In this document: piece after piece, positions 46,987 through 58,993 of the stretch
Layout of the letters: each line of letters opens with the position of its first letter
Numbering within the stretch: position 1 is the stretch's first letter
NCBI RefSeq assembly: GCF_000143415.4
Contig: NW_003314272.1
Location: forward strand, 1,868,374 to 1,932,373
Source of the DNA: Selaginella moellendorffii
Taxonomy: Eukaryota > Plantae > Lycopodiophyta
Reading direction: 5' to 3'
Length of the DNA stretch: 64,000 nt
The notes under the pieces: model-generated
What the model was told of the DNA's origin: nothing
Database searches by the model: none
What the model saw: the letters and a program-made list of their open reading frames with translations, nothing else
Translations under genes and position numbers: made by a program

Positions 46987-49900
46987 ATGTCGATGCGGAG
47001 GCGCGGCGTGCCGAGCCGGCGAGCGCACACATCACTCGGCCTCGCCACGGAAGTTGGATCCGATGGCGAAGATCCGGCAGCGGAATCGATATTTGCGCCT
47101 CCGGCTACGGTCTGTGCTATCGATCGCCCTGCTGTCTGGCCAGGTTCTTGATCGTTTTGCTTTCGATCGCAGTCGTCGCTTCCTTACATTAAGACTTACT
47201 CGAGGCAGAACGAGCGATCAGCTCTGTCGCAGAAGGTCAAGCAAGGTGTTTTGGACGCCACGCAGTATCACATGTAAGTAAAATTTTCGTGTCGGTAGCT
47301 ACTTATTTGTGACCTCTAGATATGCTGAGAATTATGGTGGTGTGGAGTTCTACCGGAGGATGGCTAGAAAGGCCGAGTCCGCGATGCAGTTGGAGCAGAA
47401 GCAATATCACTCGGAATTGGAACGAAGTAACGAGCTGATCAGTCGCTTGAGAGCAAGGTAAGTTTTTTTCCTCTGTGTGTCTTCTCACGCTTAGCGTTTG
47501 TTTCACGTGTAGTCAGGGTATCAGCACTCGAAGTTCTTTCCGATGAGAGAGAAGTACTTCTGGAAAATCAAAAGAGAAAAGTCAGGCAGTACAAGCATCA
47601 GCTGCAGTACAACAGTAAGGTTTGTTTTGAATGTTCCCGACTGTTTTGGAGTTTTACAATGTTGTCTTTGCAGGCCTATGAGAAGGATATGGCCTACATG
47701 AGAGCTCAGGTCGAGATCTCGGAGAAAAGGCTTGCAGCTTTTACGGAGGAAAGCAAACGAAAGGTCTGCAGATTTTTATTTCTTTTTCTTTTTCTTTTTG
47801 TTTCACACCATTACCTCGTGGCTTTCAGATTTTGGATTTGCGACATGATAATGTCAGAAAAGAATCGGCTTTGGACGTGCTCCAGAATGACATGACTGAG
47901 ATTTTGAAAAGCATTGACGAACCGCTAGATACGTTTTATCTTCCGGACTATTTTACACAAAGGATAGGTAGATTACCGTATCAAGTACGAAGTGGAACTC
48001 ATAGAGTGCATGGTACTTGCCAGATTCTCGGTCAAGTCCAGTTAGAAAGACAGAGGGGATTAAAACAGCAGCGAAGATACTGCGGATACGAGTAGATCTT
48101 GATGACCTGGTACGTATGCCAATGTACTAGAATCATTAAAAATGTTTACCTTCCAGTTGAAAGATACGAAATCAAGAGAAAAGGAATTCACTTCTTTGCA
48201 AGAAGAGGCGAAGTCTCTACGCAAAGGAGCCGAAGAATCATTTAAATTTCGAGACTCTGCTCTCGTAAGATTTTCTTACACGTCTCAGTATCCATAATGT
48301 CTAACCGTGAAACTTTGTAGAATGCTTTGAAAGCACTCGAAGAAGTCTCTCATAAGTTGAATGGATTGGATCGTACATTAGCCAGCGCGACACTGTTAAA
48401 AGGTGTTGACCTCAGTGCGCTGTCCGGAGAGAAGTCTCAGGACGAAATTGCCGCTGGATTTAACAAAGTTCAAGAGATGATTCAGCTGCTCGTTTCCAAG
48501 GTGAGTTGAAAGTTTTGAAGGGCCAAAATCTGATCGTTCTATTTTCACTTTTGAAGGCCGATACTGCGGGAAAACTTTCAAGCTCTCTACAGTACGAGCA
48601 CGAGAAATGCGGCTCTGTGACTGCGCAATTGAGGGAGGATCTTGGACTTGAAAGGGCAGATCCGAAAGTGGACGTTCTTTCAGCTAACTTAGTAGTGATC
48701 AGGGAGCAAGTTCGAAGGAGACTGGAATCACTGCAGGTAAATGTCTGTACCTCGATGAAAGCATTTAATCTTGTGCTGTGTTTAGATGCTACAAAAAGAA
48801 AAATCTTCCGTCGAAGTGGCCGTAACAAAGAACGCTTCAAAGGCACGAGAACTGGAAAGATCTTTGGACGACCTTACGAACAAGCAGAGGAGGTTGAAAC
48901 TCGAAAAGGATAAACTTGGAGATGCGCTTTTACACGTTGAGAAAGAAAAAGCTGCTGTCGGCAAACAGCTTCATCAACTGCAAGATCTGTTTGTCAAGCT
49001 GAGTTCTTCATTGCAAGACGGTAGTTATGGCACCCTTCTGCGAACTGCTGGAGCTGCAGTGACTAAAACCTCAGGTTTCGACGAGCAGAAGGAAGTTGGA
49101 AGTATCGTGGGATGTTTTGAGGCTCTTGTCACCGAGAAGACTCGCCTGGAATCCAAGCTAAAGAAAGGACATGGCCACCTGTTGGAGTTACTGGCCATCT
49201 TTCAGAAAACAGAGAAAGGAACAGATGCAGTGGCCGAGCTTCCTATTATCATTGCGAAGGTAGTACAACTGAAGATGGATAGCGAGACAGCCAGCAGTAA
49301 ATTAAAGGCTGCAGAAAGCGAGCTGAATGCCATGGGTCAGAAGAAAGACAGTCAGCTAGATTCCACCTTGAAACAAGTCAGTGATGCATGTGGTGCTCTT
49401 CAGGCGTCGATACTGAAACTACAACCGATCTTTGGAGAGGTTGGCAGCGCCAAGGCAGCAAAAGGAGTAGCTGAACTGGGACAGGTGGCTGCTGCACTAT
49501 CGACTTTAGTTCCAAAATTCCTGGATTTGAAGAAGGAGCGAGACTCCATGGCTACCAAGCTGGACGGAATGACTAAGGAACGGGACTCAATGGTTACCAA
49601 GCTGGACGGAATGTCGAAGGAACGGGACACAGTGGCTGCCAAGCTCGACGGAATGTCGAAGGAACGGGACTCGACACTTACCAAGCTGGACGGAATGGTG
49701 AAAGAACGGGACACAGTGGTTGCTAAGCTCGACGGAATGGCGAAGGAACGGGACTCAATGGTTGCCAAGTTGGACGGGATAGCTAACAAGTTGGCGGAGG
49801 CCGAGAAGAGGGGATCCGACGACAAGGGGTTATCTCAGTCTACTGGAAAGCACTTGGATACTATCAGACAAAATCTGAAAGCGATTCAGTCTCTATTTCC

Positions 49901-51429
49901 TGCGGAACTCGGGAAAAGTTTTGGTGGATCGCTGTCTGATGATATCGCTCTTCTCGACAAGATAAAACAGGAGCTTCTTTCGTCAAAGGACACGAAGGAC
50001 AAGGCTCTCGTTAGAGCACAAAGTCTATCAGTCCAGGCATCACAATTGGATCCTCTCTTAACAGAGTTATGTGCAGCACTCCAGTCAATCGAACAGGACC
50101 TTGGAGGAACACCATTCAAAGAGGCTGGTTCTAATCACGACACTTGCGGGAGGTTGATTTTTATCAAGGACAGATCGATAGAACTCAAGGCGTCTGTCGG
50201 GGAGAAAGTTAAAGCGATGTCAGGAGAAATCGGCGATCTCAGGGAAAGATTCAAGCTTCAGGAAAGCGTTCTAAAGAACTCGGAGAAAAAGTGGAGCGAA
50301 AGGGTCGAGCTTGCCAAGAAAGAAATATTAAGACTTGGAGGTGAGGATACAATGGCGTTGAGCTTTGACGTCAACTAATGGCATTGGGTTTGCAGGATGT
50401 GATCTAGACAACAAGGTGGAAGCGTCGAAACGATTACAAGCGCAAGCTAAAGTAAGCCGACCTTCGTTCTTTGTTCTTTGTCTCACTTCTTTGTGCAGAT
50501 CAAAGAGTTCGTGTTACGTGCTAAGCAGAACGATGCAACAATCAACCCCCTTAGCAAGCTCGCGACATTTCAAGTGGAGCTACTTGTTAACAACAAGGTA
50601 AGATATGCTTAGAGCATACGATCATCCAAACTTAACTGTAACTTGTAGGCGCACGGCCAATTGCAAGTTGGGGGAACTATGGGTGGATTGTTTCAAGCGG
50701 CCGTGCATTATTTTAAAATCGAGAGCCAGTCAGGAGAAGTAACATTTGAGAACGCAGCTATTCCCGGGTCACAATCTTCAAACATGCTAGTGGAACTGGT
50801 AAGGAGCTTACACCATTCTAATAATACGTTGACTGTGTTTGTTTGGTTGTAGGTTCTAAACTCCACTGGCAATGCTGCCGTCTACGAATCTAAAGCTGGT
50901 GATGTCCTCGGTTTGTCTGTCAAGGTGAGCAGGTCATATGCGTGTCCACGTATGTTCATTTTTTTTTGTTACAGGTCAAATCCATCGATGATGCAGATTT
51001 CAGAGAAATACTATACAACAGCAATGTCATTCAAACTGACGAGGTGATCAATATGTTTCCGCAAAGCAAACATCGTTCTTACTCCTAGTCTATTTTGCAC
51101 AGGTTATGGATGCAATCAAAGGGCAAACGCTAGATAATTTCTCGCTTTGGCCTGATCTCGTGAGCAGCTGGAAATGGGAACGTACTCCCACCAAGGGGTA
51201 TGTATGCATTGCTCTTCATTTACATTGAGAATCATATGATCGGGGCGTGCAGATGGACGCTTATAACTATCAAGTGGCGTTTTCTCTTGAAAAGCATTTT
51301 CCCCGAGTTAAGCGAGCCTCTACAGACGCTCGCCATTGCAAACAGGCCTACTTACGACAGGAGCCAAACAATAAAGACCTTATAAGCTCTACTGCTCGAG
51401 CAGCCTTTCTGCCACTAGCTCGCGCATGA
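46987..51429 (+). CDS. Large multi-exon coiled-coil protein of unknown function with 14-aa tandem repeats and an unidentified C-terminal domain (ends approximate)
   Basis: Chain of short GT-AG exons with heptad-rich sequence; 1.6-kb central exon; non-coiled C-terminal exons at 50500-51429. Confidence 0.65.
49531..49782 (+). repeat. Six tandem 42-bp coding repeats (KERD[S/T]xxxKLDGMx)
   Basis: aaggaacgggac...aagct.gacggaatg repeated six times. Confidence 0.9.
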
Positions 51430-52156
51430 CTCACCCACGGGCAAGACCATAGATTTTTCCAAGGTGACGACTTCTTTTCCTCACATAGCATCATTTACAT
51501 ACTTGCTGACAATTTGAGTTTTCAGGGGCCGTGTGTGATGCGGTACAGTATAGCCAGCAGAAGAAGACGTCAGCACTCGAGATATGCCATCAACCGGGCC
51601 TTGCTATTACATATCCCACCTTGCACCGAGACGTGTAAGCAATTGCTGACATTTGCAGTTACCTTGACCACAGATTTTTCAGGTAGACCGTCTGGAGTCC
51701 TATCGGCATGTCTCTGTCTCACGTAGGCCATTTTTTCCCACATGGACTGGTTTTATCATCACTCAAGATCTCTCTTTTACTTCCAGGTTTTAAAAGCCGA
51801 GATCTTTGCAACCGGACAGTGAGATTCGAGAGAAAAGCTGCTCGCGTTTCCTCAGCGTTCAGCTGATGAGCCGGTCTGCCGATCCAAGACTCGGGGTTTT
51901 AGACTTCACATTGCAAGCTTTCTCCACTGTCCTTTTTCAGTTTGTTCCTGCGAACTTTTCCAGCTCTCTTACCTACATCTCCATTTGCTCGCTAGTTTTG
52001 TTCCTCGAGTTTTATTGTTCCACGGGCTTCGATCATCCATGACTGTCTTTCTTGACTCGACTGAACACTGGTGGAAGTCTGCCAGCGAAAATTTGTATTT
52101 GTATACTCTTGACTTAAAAATGCGGGCGAAACGCCCGAGCTTTTTGAGCTGCCTAT

Positions 52157-53609
52157 TTACATATCGAGAATCAGATTTCTCAAGGGTGCGAAAGAGCGTC
52201 TATGGATGTCACAAGGGCCGTGTTTCAGCAATGCCGCCGTGTGTGACGCAGTCCCATAGCCTTTATGGTCTTTGAATCCGTAAAGCGGCCATCTCCTACG
52301 ACCAAAGACAAAAAGAAAAAAAATAAAAATAAAAAGAGAGTCAGAGGTAAGTAAGCACCACCATACTTGTCGTAATCCTCCATTAGCCGGTCCCTCGTCA
52401 CCTTTGCCAAAATGGACGCAGCGGCGATTACATGGCTTTCGGCGTCGCCCTGCGAACAAACCAACCAGTGTAAAGAGGACATTCGCATTTGACGAAGAAC
52501 GACGATTACCTTGACCACACTCCTCGCGTGTTTTCCAGAGAGACCGCCTGGAATCCTGTTTCCATCAATCAGTATGTATGGCGGATGATCACGTCCGTTC
52601 CCTGTAAGTTCTTCCACGCAAGTTTCCATGGCTTCCATTGTCGCCTGAAAACGCCTTCCAATTGCACTAGCAAAGAAAGAAAAAAGAAACGCTGTTTGTA
52701 CTTACCTGAAGGATGTTGATCTCGTCGATCCTCGGCGCATCCACAACGCAAATCTTACACATAGACAAGCTCCTCCCGGTCAGTCCAAAGTTTTTGGGAT
52801 GATAAAGAGGCAGGCTCTCACCGAGAAACGGACCCCCGGAGTGGATGTGATTTGCGAGTAGAGCTGCTCTCGCTTCTCGGCTGTGAGCTTCTTGCTATCA
52901 TCGATGCCTGGGGAAAATAAGAGGGAGATAAATGATCATTCCTGAGAGACAAAAAGCTACGCACCTTGGATATCGACGTCCTCCGGAATGATGCAAGCAG
53001 CAGCAACGACAGGACCAGCGAGAGGTCCTCTTCCTGCTTCATCCACGCCTATAACGCGATGGAAGCCCGTTTTCCAAAGCTCGATCTGGAGAGAACTACA
53101 CCATAAAGAAACTAAAAAGAAAAGCCTGGCATACCTCCAAGTCTCGGCTCGGGACCCGTTTCAAGGCTGTAGACTTCACATTTTTTCTGTGATTTTCTCC
53201 TGGATGAGATGATTTTCCTTCCGGGTGTTTTTTCGCTTTCTTGCATCCCCGTTTGCTCGTGTGACCTTGATCACTCTTGTCCGCTTGATTCTCCACAGCT
53301 TTCTTGCCCCTGGATGATGGTTTTCTCGGCTCCAGTTCTACGCAATGGGCTTTTGAAAAAAAAAAAAAAATTCTTTCTTTTCACTAACCAGGTGGATCAG
53401 CATTCTTGTTTCTCCGTGTCTTGACTCGAGGAGGCGTTGCACTAGTCGGCACTGATGCTTTGTTCTTCACATTTCCACTTTTTTTCGCGATGGACAAGCG
53501 TTTGCCTTTTTGCACAAACGAAACAAGACAGAAGAACTAAGATTACCATAGCAGTGCGAAACATACTTGGCGCTGCCGGAACCGGAGCCTTGGATCGCCG
53601 CGCCACCAT
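52157..53609 (-). CDS. Ribonuclease HII, bacterial rnhB-like (probably organellar), multi-exon
   Basis: [19 protein letters not shown]; IDDSKKL; ILIDGN; KGDA....[16 protein letters not shown]; HKGYGT..H..AL..HGPC.IHRRSF.P. Start codon inferred. Confidence 0.9.
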
Positions 53610-53689
53610 GGCTGCTGGAAAATCCCCGATAAACCCTAGCATGCATTCCTTCAACGTTCCAATAATTCAAATAAAGAAACATGAGCGAG

Positions 53690-53719
53690 TGTTGAGAGTG
53701 GGATTCGAACTTGCGGACT
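53690..53719 (-). pseudogene. 3' half of a tRNA-Leu-like gene (T-arm and acceptor strand only)
   Basis: Minus strand ...GTTCGAATCCCACTCTCAACA (B box plus acceptor 3' strand); no 5' half upstream. Confidence 0.4.
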
Positions 53720-54992
53720 AATCTGTTTTTTCTCTTGTTATAAGCTATTTTCATTTATATTGCTTTTGGAATTTGAATTAATCCACCACCATCTTAGATA
53801 AAGTAATTCATTGATATGAATAAAAAAGGAATGCTTAGCGGCTCGCATTTGATGGGGATATAAAGCTTGATATGGAAGAACTGTGCAACTCTTTTACAAC
53901 AACGAAGAGCGCTAAATTTACTGGGCGCAAGTAACGAGAAAGGCAATCAGAATATAGCACGCATAGACGCAAGTTTCGTTCTCGAAGATGGTGTCTTCTG
54001 TTGCCGGTTCATGCCTGCTCTACACCGAGGAGTTTCAGAAGAAGGGAGCTATATCTTCAGAAGAACAGTTCATGTCCAACATCCAGGGCTGGATACTGGA
54101 GAAGTGGCAATTGCATTTTGTATTGCTTTTCGTGGTCCTGGTCTGGGGATTTCGGGCAGGCAACTGCAATGCAGTTTGCAAACGGGCAACTACATCAGCT
54201 AGAGCACAGGAGCTGCATGGTGAGCATGGATCACGCATTTGCAAACAGAGTTCCATCCAAGGAGGTGCTGAAGCTTCTAAAAGATGTCTCGCTGAAGAGA
54301 GGTGAGTATATTAAGGGGAAAAAGGCTGCTGCAGTCAAGCAACAATGAAAGGTGGCTACCAGAAAGCAAAGCTAAACAGCTAGTTAGTAAGACCCGATAT
54401 GAGCTGAACGAGATTGCACAGAACGGCAACAAGAATAAGATAATGACAAGATTAAGGTAGTGCTAATGAGTAAGACCCGGGATGAACTGAATAAGATCGC
54501 AAGGGTGGATCCATACAATTACAAATCAACAAGAATAAGATCGTGGCAGCAGTCCTTGATGCAGGTATTCAAATAGAAAAAGTAGAAGAGCATGATATCG
54601 TTGTATTCTACTACTCATATTCTTTAAGCTCATATGTGAGATTGGAACCCAATAAATTAATGCGATGGGTTCACATTGTAAGAATTTTGAATGGTTTTGT
54701 ACAGGGAAGTTTCCAAAGCTACCACCTGCGGATTTTCTCAATCTCAAACGAGAGGAGTGAAGCTTTGCTCGTTAGTTTCCCAGCTTTCGGGCATCACCAC
54801 AACTGGAGAGAATTTTTTTTTCGCTCTGATTGTCTATCAAAAAATGCGAGTGTCCACAGGCTCTTCCCACGTCCACAATGCTTGCGGTGGCTCATCCAGC
54901 GGCACATAAACACAATCCTTCGATGAGAGCGTCAGCTGGAGTGAACTCTTCTTATCTCCTATTTGGAAAACAAAAAAAAACAAAACAGCTTA

Positions 54993-56566
54993 TCAGCAAA
55001 CTGGAAGACGAAGAAGAAGCTTACCAGAATCATTCAGCTTGACAGGCAATTTTGCTCCAAAGCTATCCTTACCAAAGTTCTTGACAAAGCTGGACAACAA
55101 TGTAACGCCGCTGTCCACCGTCTGGAGGCCCGCGATCAGAGACGCATCCCCGCCAATGACAAGCTTGCGAGGAAGCACTGCTAGAGGAGCAGGATCGTCC
55201 GCGACCGAAGTGCACGCCATAGATTCTTTACATACAGTAACAGCCAAAACTTTATCTTGCACCGATTTTCTGCGCAGGTAAAGACTATCAATCGATTTCA
55301 AACTATTAGAAGTAGCCTTACGGATAAGAAGTATCAACAGGATCGAATTCTCCTTGCGTGAGCCAGTCCACATCGGTATCGGAAAGCTCTGCAAATAGTT
55401 TATGGTCAGCAAAAGAGCAGAAATGCATCAAAAGTTTACCTGAGGACTGTAGTGGCTTTTGCAACAAAGTCACCCCGGGAAAGGATACAACACTCAGCTT
55501 CACAAGCTCAAGCCTTTGGGTTGGGGCCATCTCCTGGAATCCAAAGGCGTTTTTCCAAGTGTGAAGAAGCTCTGGTACAGCCGGTAGCACGAAACTTCGA
55601 ATTCCTAGCCTTTGTAGGAGCTGGAAAATTGATGTCAGCGAAAAAACTCTGGGAAAGCAGCAAAGATTACCCCCTCGATTGCCCGCACCAAGCGACGACA
55701 CATGCCTTGCCTTCGATGATGAAATCTGGTTCCGATGAGGGGCATTTCTGCGAGGAGTCCTCCATGTATCCTGCAAACCAATCGTGAGGTTCATTAGCGA
55801 AGAATACACGAGACTCACCGAATTGAAGCGACAGAAATAACTTCGTCGTCTTTTTCCAAGACAACAGTGTAAAATCCTCGAAAATTTAAGCGATTAACCT
55901 CGGCCTTGCTGCAGAAAAAAAAAAAAAAAAAACAATCTTGAGTACAAGACACAATACAAGCATGCAAGATCAAGTATACCCCCGGTTGTAAAGTATGTGA
56001 GTGACAAGGTCAATCTTTGTCCGAGGATCCACCATGGGCAAAAAACATTCTTGCATGACGCCAAGTGCAACAGCAAGCTTACTTCGGTGTTCAGCCATTT
56101 GCTCCCGGTTCATGCTACTGGCTGACGGTAGATCGTCTTCACCGGACCGCAGCAGCGTCCAGGAAAGTCCTTCTCCAATGGTGTTGGAAATGCCCACGAG
56201 CTTACGAAGTCCTTCAAAGATCTGGTAGAAAATGATAGTTCCGTCAGTTGAAAGCATGATTGTGTAGCTTCACCTTATCACAGTGATCCCCACAAAACCA
56301 AGAATCATCCGGGCAGCTGGTCATTTTTGCCATGCCCCTTGAATATAAGCAAGAAACATGGTCTGAAACAAGTATATTGTCAATCGAACCCAGTAGAATT
56401 TGAAAGCACTTACATTCACGTTCACATTGATCACAGAGAAGAACGGTCATTTCGTTGAAAGAACTTCCATCTGCGTTGTACTCGCTGCCACCACATATCG
56501 CACACCGACAACTAGGACAGAACCATTCGCCTTCAGGGAGTTCCTGCACCAAAACAAGTAAATGAG

Positions 56567-56599
<33 letters not shown>

Positions 56600-58544
56600 A
56601 GCGTCTAGAGAGTCGTCATACCTTAAGCAGCAAGCAGCTTAAATGATAAGTGGATGGACAATGATCGCAGCAAATAAGCCGTCCTCCATCGCCACAGACG
56701 CCACAGGCATCATCATTCTCATCAGACGGAGCTGCCTTGACGTTTTCCTTCGGGTTTACTTTTGAGTCTAGCAATTCCCATGCCTGCACCTGTAGATCCA
56801 AAAGTGACTCCCCTTTGTTATTGAAGATGCTCGCACAAGCTCGTCGCTGACTAGTCCCAGAATGAGCTTCAAAACCGGAAAGGCTCCACAGCTTCTTGCA
56901 GCAAGAGCAGACAATGCCTTCGAACCTCACAATCCCCTCCAGCAGGACCTGTCTAGTCTTCTTGTCCACATACGAAACCTTCTGAAACTCGTGAAGCATC
57001 TTCGTCTCTAATAACCAGGATAAGATAGTTCGTTTCGCCTCGTACTTGGTCACGTCGTGAAGAACAATCTCCATCCGGGCACGGAGGTTCTTGTCCTTCA
57101 TTTTCGATACGTTATTTGGTCTCAGGCTTTCGGACGCACCCATCAGGTCGTGCTTTCTCCTCTTCACGCTGTCTGGTGTGTCCAGCGTCACCTTTCTTTT
57201 CTTTGGCTTGCCGTTGTCATCCACAGGCAATTCAAAGCTGTCAGAACACTTCTTCGCCTTGTCGTGCATCAGGAGCTCGAGCTGCGAAGTTCTTTTGCAA
57301 AGGGGATGCGTCCGACTCCATTCCTTGCATGCCGCAGGGAGCGTTCTGTAACACTTGCCCTCCGGCGACAGATAGAACGTATCCTTCCTCTGCGTCCCGG
57401 GACGAAGTTTGGAGTTGAGCACCCATCCCGAGTTCATCAGAATGCCTTTTATGCTGTCCGTTGAAGCTTTCGATGCGTTCCTGCTCCGAGACACCGGGGT
57501 AACAGCATCACTGTCCCTGCTGCCTTCGCTTTCCTCCGAAAAATCCTCCTCATCATCGGAGGTGGACTTTGAGCGGCAACTTATCCTTGGAGCCATGGTA
57601 AACTTCTTCCTCTGGATCGGGATCGGCATCGGCATCGCTTGGACGAGGTGTGACTCCACAACCACGGGATGCTTGGGCGGCGTGTCGGCAGCCTGGATGG
57701 AGCCAGTAGCAAGCAACATTTTCCTCTTCGAAGCAACCGAAACATTCTCCTCGAGATCGGCCTCCTTCCTCACCACCGTGCACTTCTCAAGCCTGTGATC
57801 CATCTGACCCCGGACATACCAAGAGTTTGTCCACTCGTCCCACTCCTGCGAGATCCTGAGCCTTCCCAGCGGCACCTGGAGCTCAAACCCTTCCGGCGGA
57901 GAGAAAACTCTGGTGAGCACCGTTGAGTCGTGGCCGGACGTGTCTTGCAGAAGAATTGCCTCCCACCATGCCTCCCTGTGGAAAGCATCCACATAAGTCC
58001 CCTTCTTCCACAGCGAGATGGTGGAAGAGAGGGCCTGCGGCACTGGCCTGATACGCAAGCGGACTCGCTTGTGGGGTGGCACCACGTCTTCGCCATCTAT
58101 GCACTCGGAGATTGGAATGGACTCTAAGTCTTCGGCATTGTCCTCGTACCTCACAACACGGCGTCCTGGCCTCACTTGTACCACCTCGGCCGGGACCCAA
58201 GCACCTCGCAATGTCTCGAGAACTTGCAAGACCTGGAAGCCAAGATCACATTAGTCCTCTTGCTTAAAACTCACAGCAATTTGTAGAAGCCAGTAGCTCC
58301 AAGACAAGGAGCTGAGCAAAAGGAAAAGAAAAATGTAAATCGGGCAGCAGCACTCGAGCACAGCAAGACACAAGGAAGCAGTGATCTGCGAGAATTCGCA
58401 GGGTTCGGCTCGACCAAGCACAGACGGAGCACAGCACTGCAGCAAGGAAGCCGGAAGATCTTCACTCACCTCGACAGTATCTCCTACGAGCAGGCGCTTG
58501 CGCTTGAATCCACCGTCGGCCTCGAAATCACTGAAATCGTCCAT
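54993..58544 (-). CDS. IDM1-like histone acetyltransferase: Agenet/Tudor, Tify-binding domain, two PHD fingers, GNAT
   Basis: [12 protein letters not shown]; GIVCSCC...S.FEAHSG; [27 protein letters not shown]; CDQCER; LNFRGFYT; AEMPLIGT; [10 protein letters not shown]...FGF. A final intron (~55322-55273) extends the frame to the stop at 54993. Confidence 0.9.
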
Positions 58545-58993
58545 TGCTCATCCCGCGGCGAGGCGCCGTCGTCTCCCGGCGCTTAGGGTTCTTGCGAGAA
58601 GCAAAGGGAAAAAAAAATTATTTATCTCAAGAGAAACCTAATGTCCATCCAAAACCCTGAATTAAACCCCGGGTCAAAGATCCAGGTAGAAAAATCAAAG
58701 TAAGTCGGTAAAAAACTAGAGTGAAGAACATTCTTACACGTCCTCCCTTGAGCGCCGCCATGTTATAGCCTTGATTGGATGGACGTGACATGCCAAACCA
58801 CTAAACCCCGGGACTTATGGGCGAGGTAGTTTAGTTAGCGCAAGGTCTCCCTCTTCTCGAGGCTTCTTTCTTGTCATTCCCTTCTCCATGGATGGGACGA
58901 TCGCCGCCCAGCAGCGCTAGCGCTAGGATCAGTTGAAATATCGAGCGATCCACGCATAATCAAGGCGCGCGATCGACCGGGCCACCGATCGGC

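Noticed and set aside
49531-49782. Regular 42-bp array
   Set aside because: It is an in-frame coding repeat with no unique spacers, so not CRISPR or satellite.
52157-53609. Bacterial-looking RNase HII as recent horizontal transfer or contamination
   Set aside because: It has multiple spliceosomal introns, and plants are known to carry rnhB-like genes.
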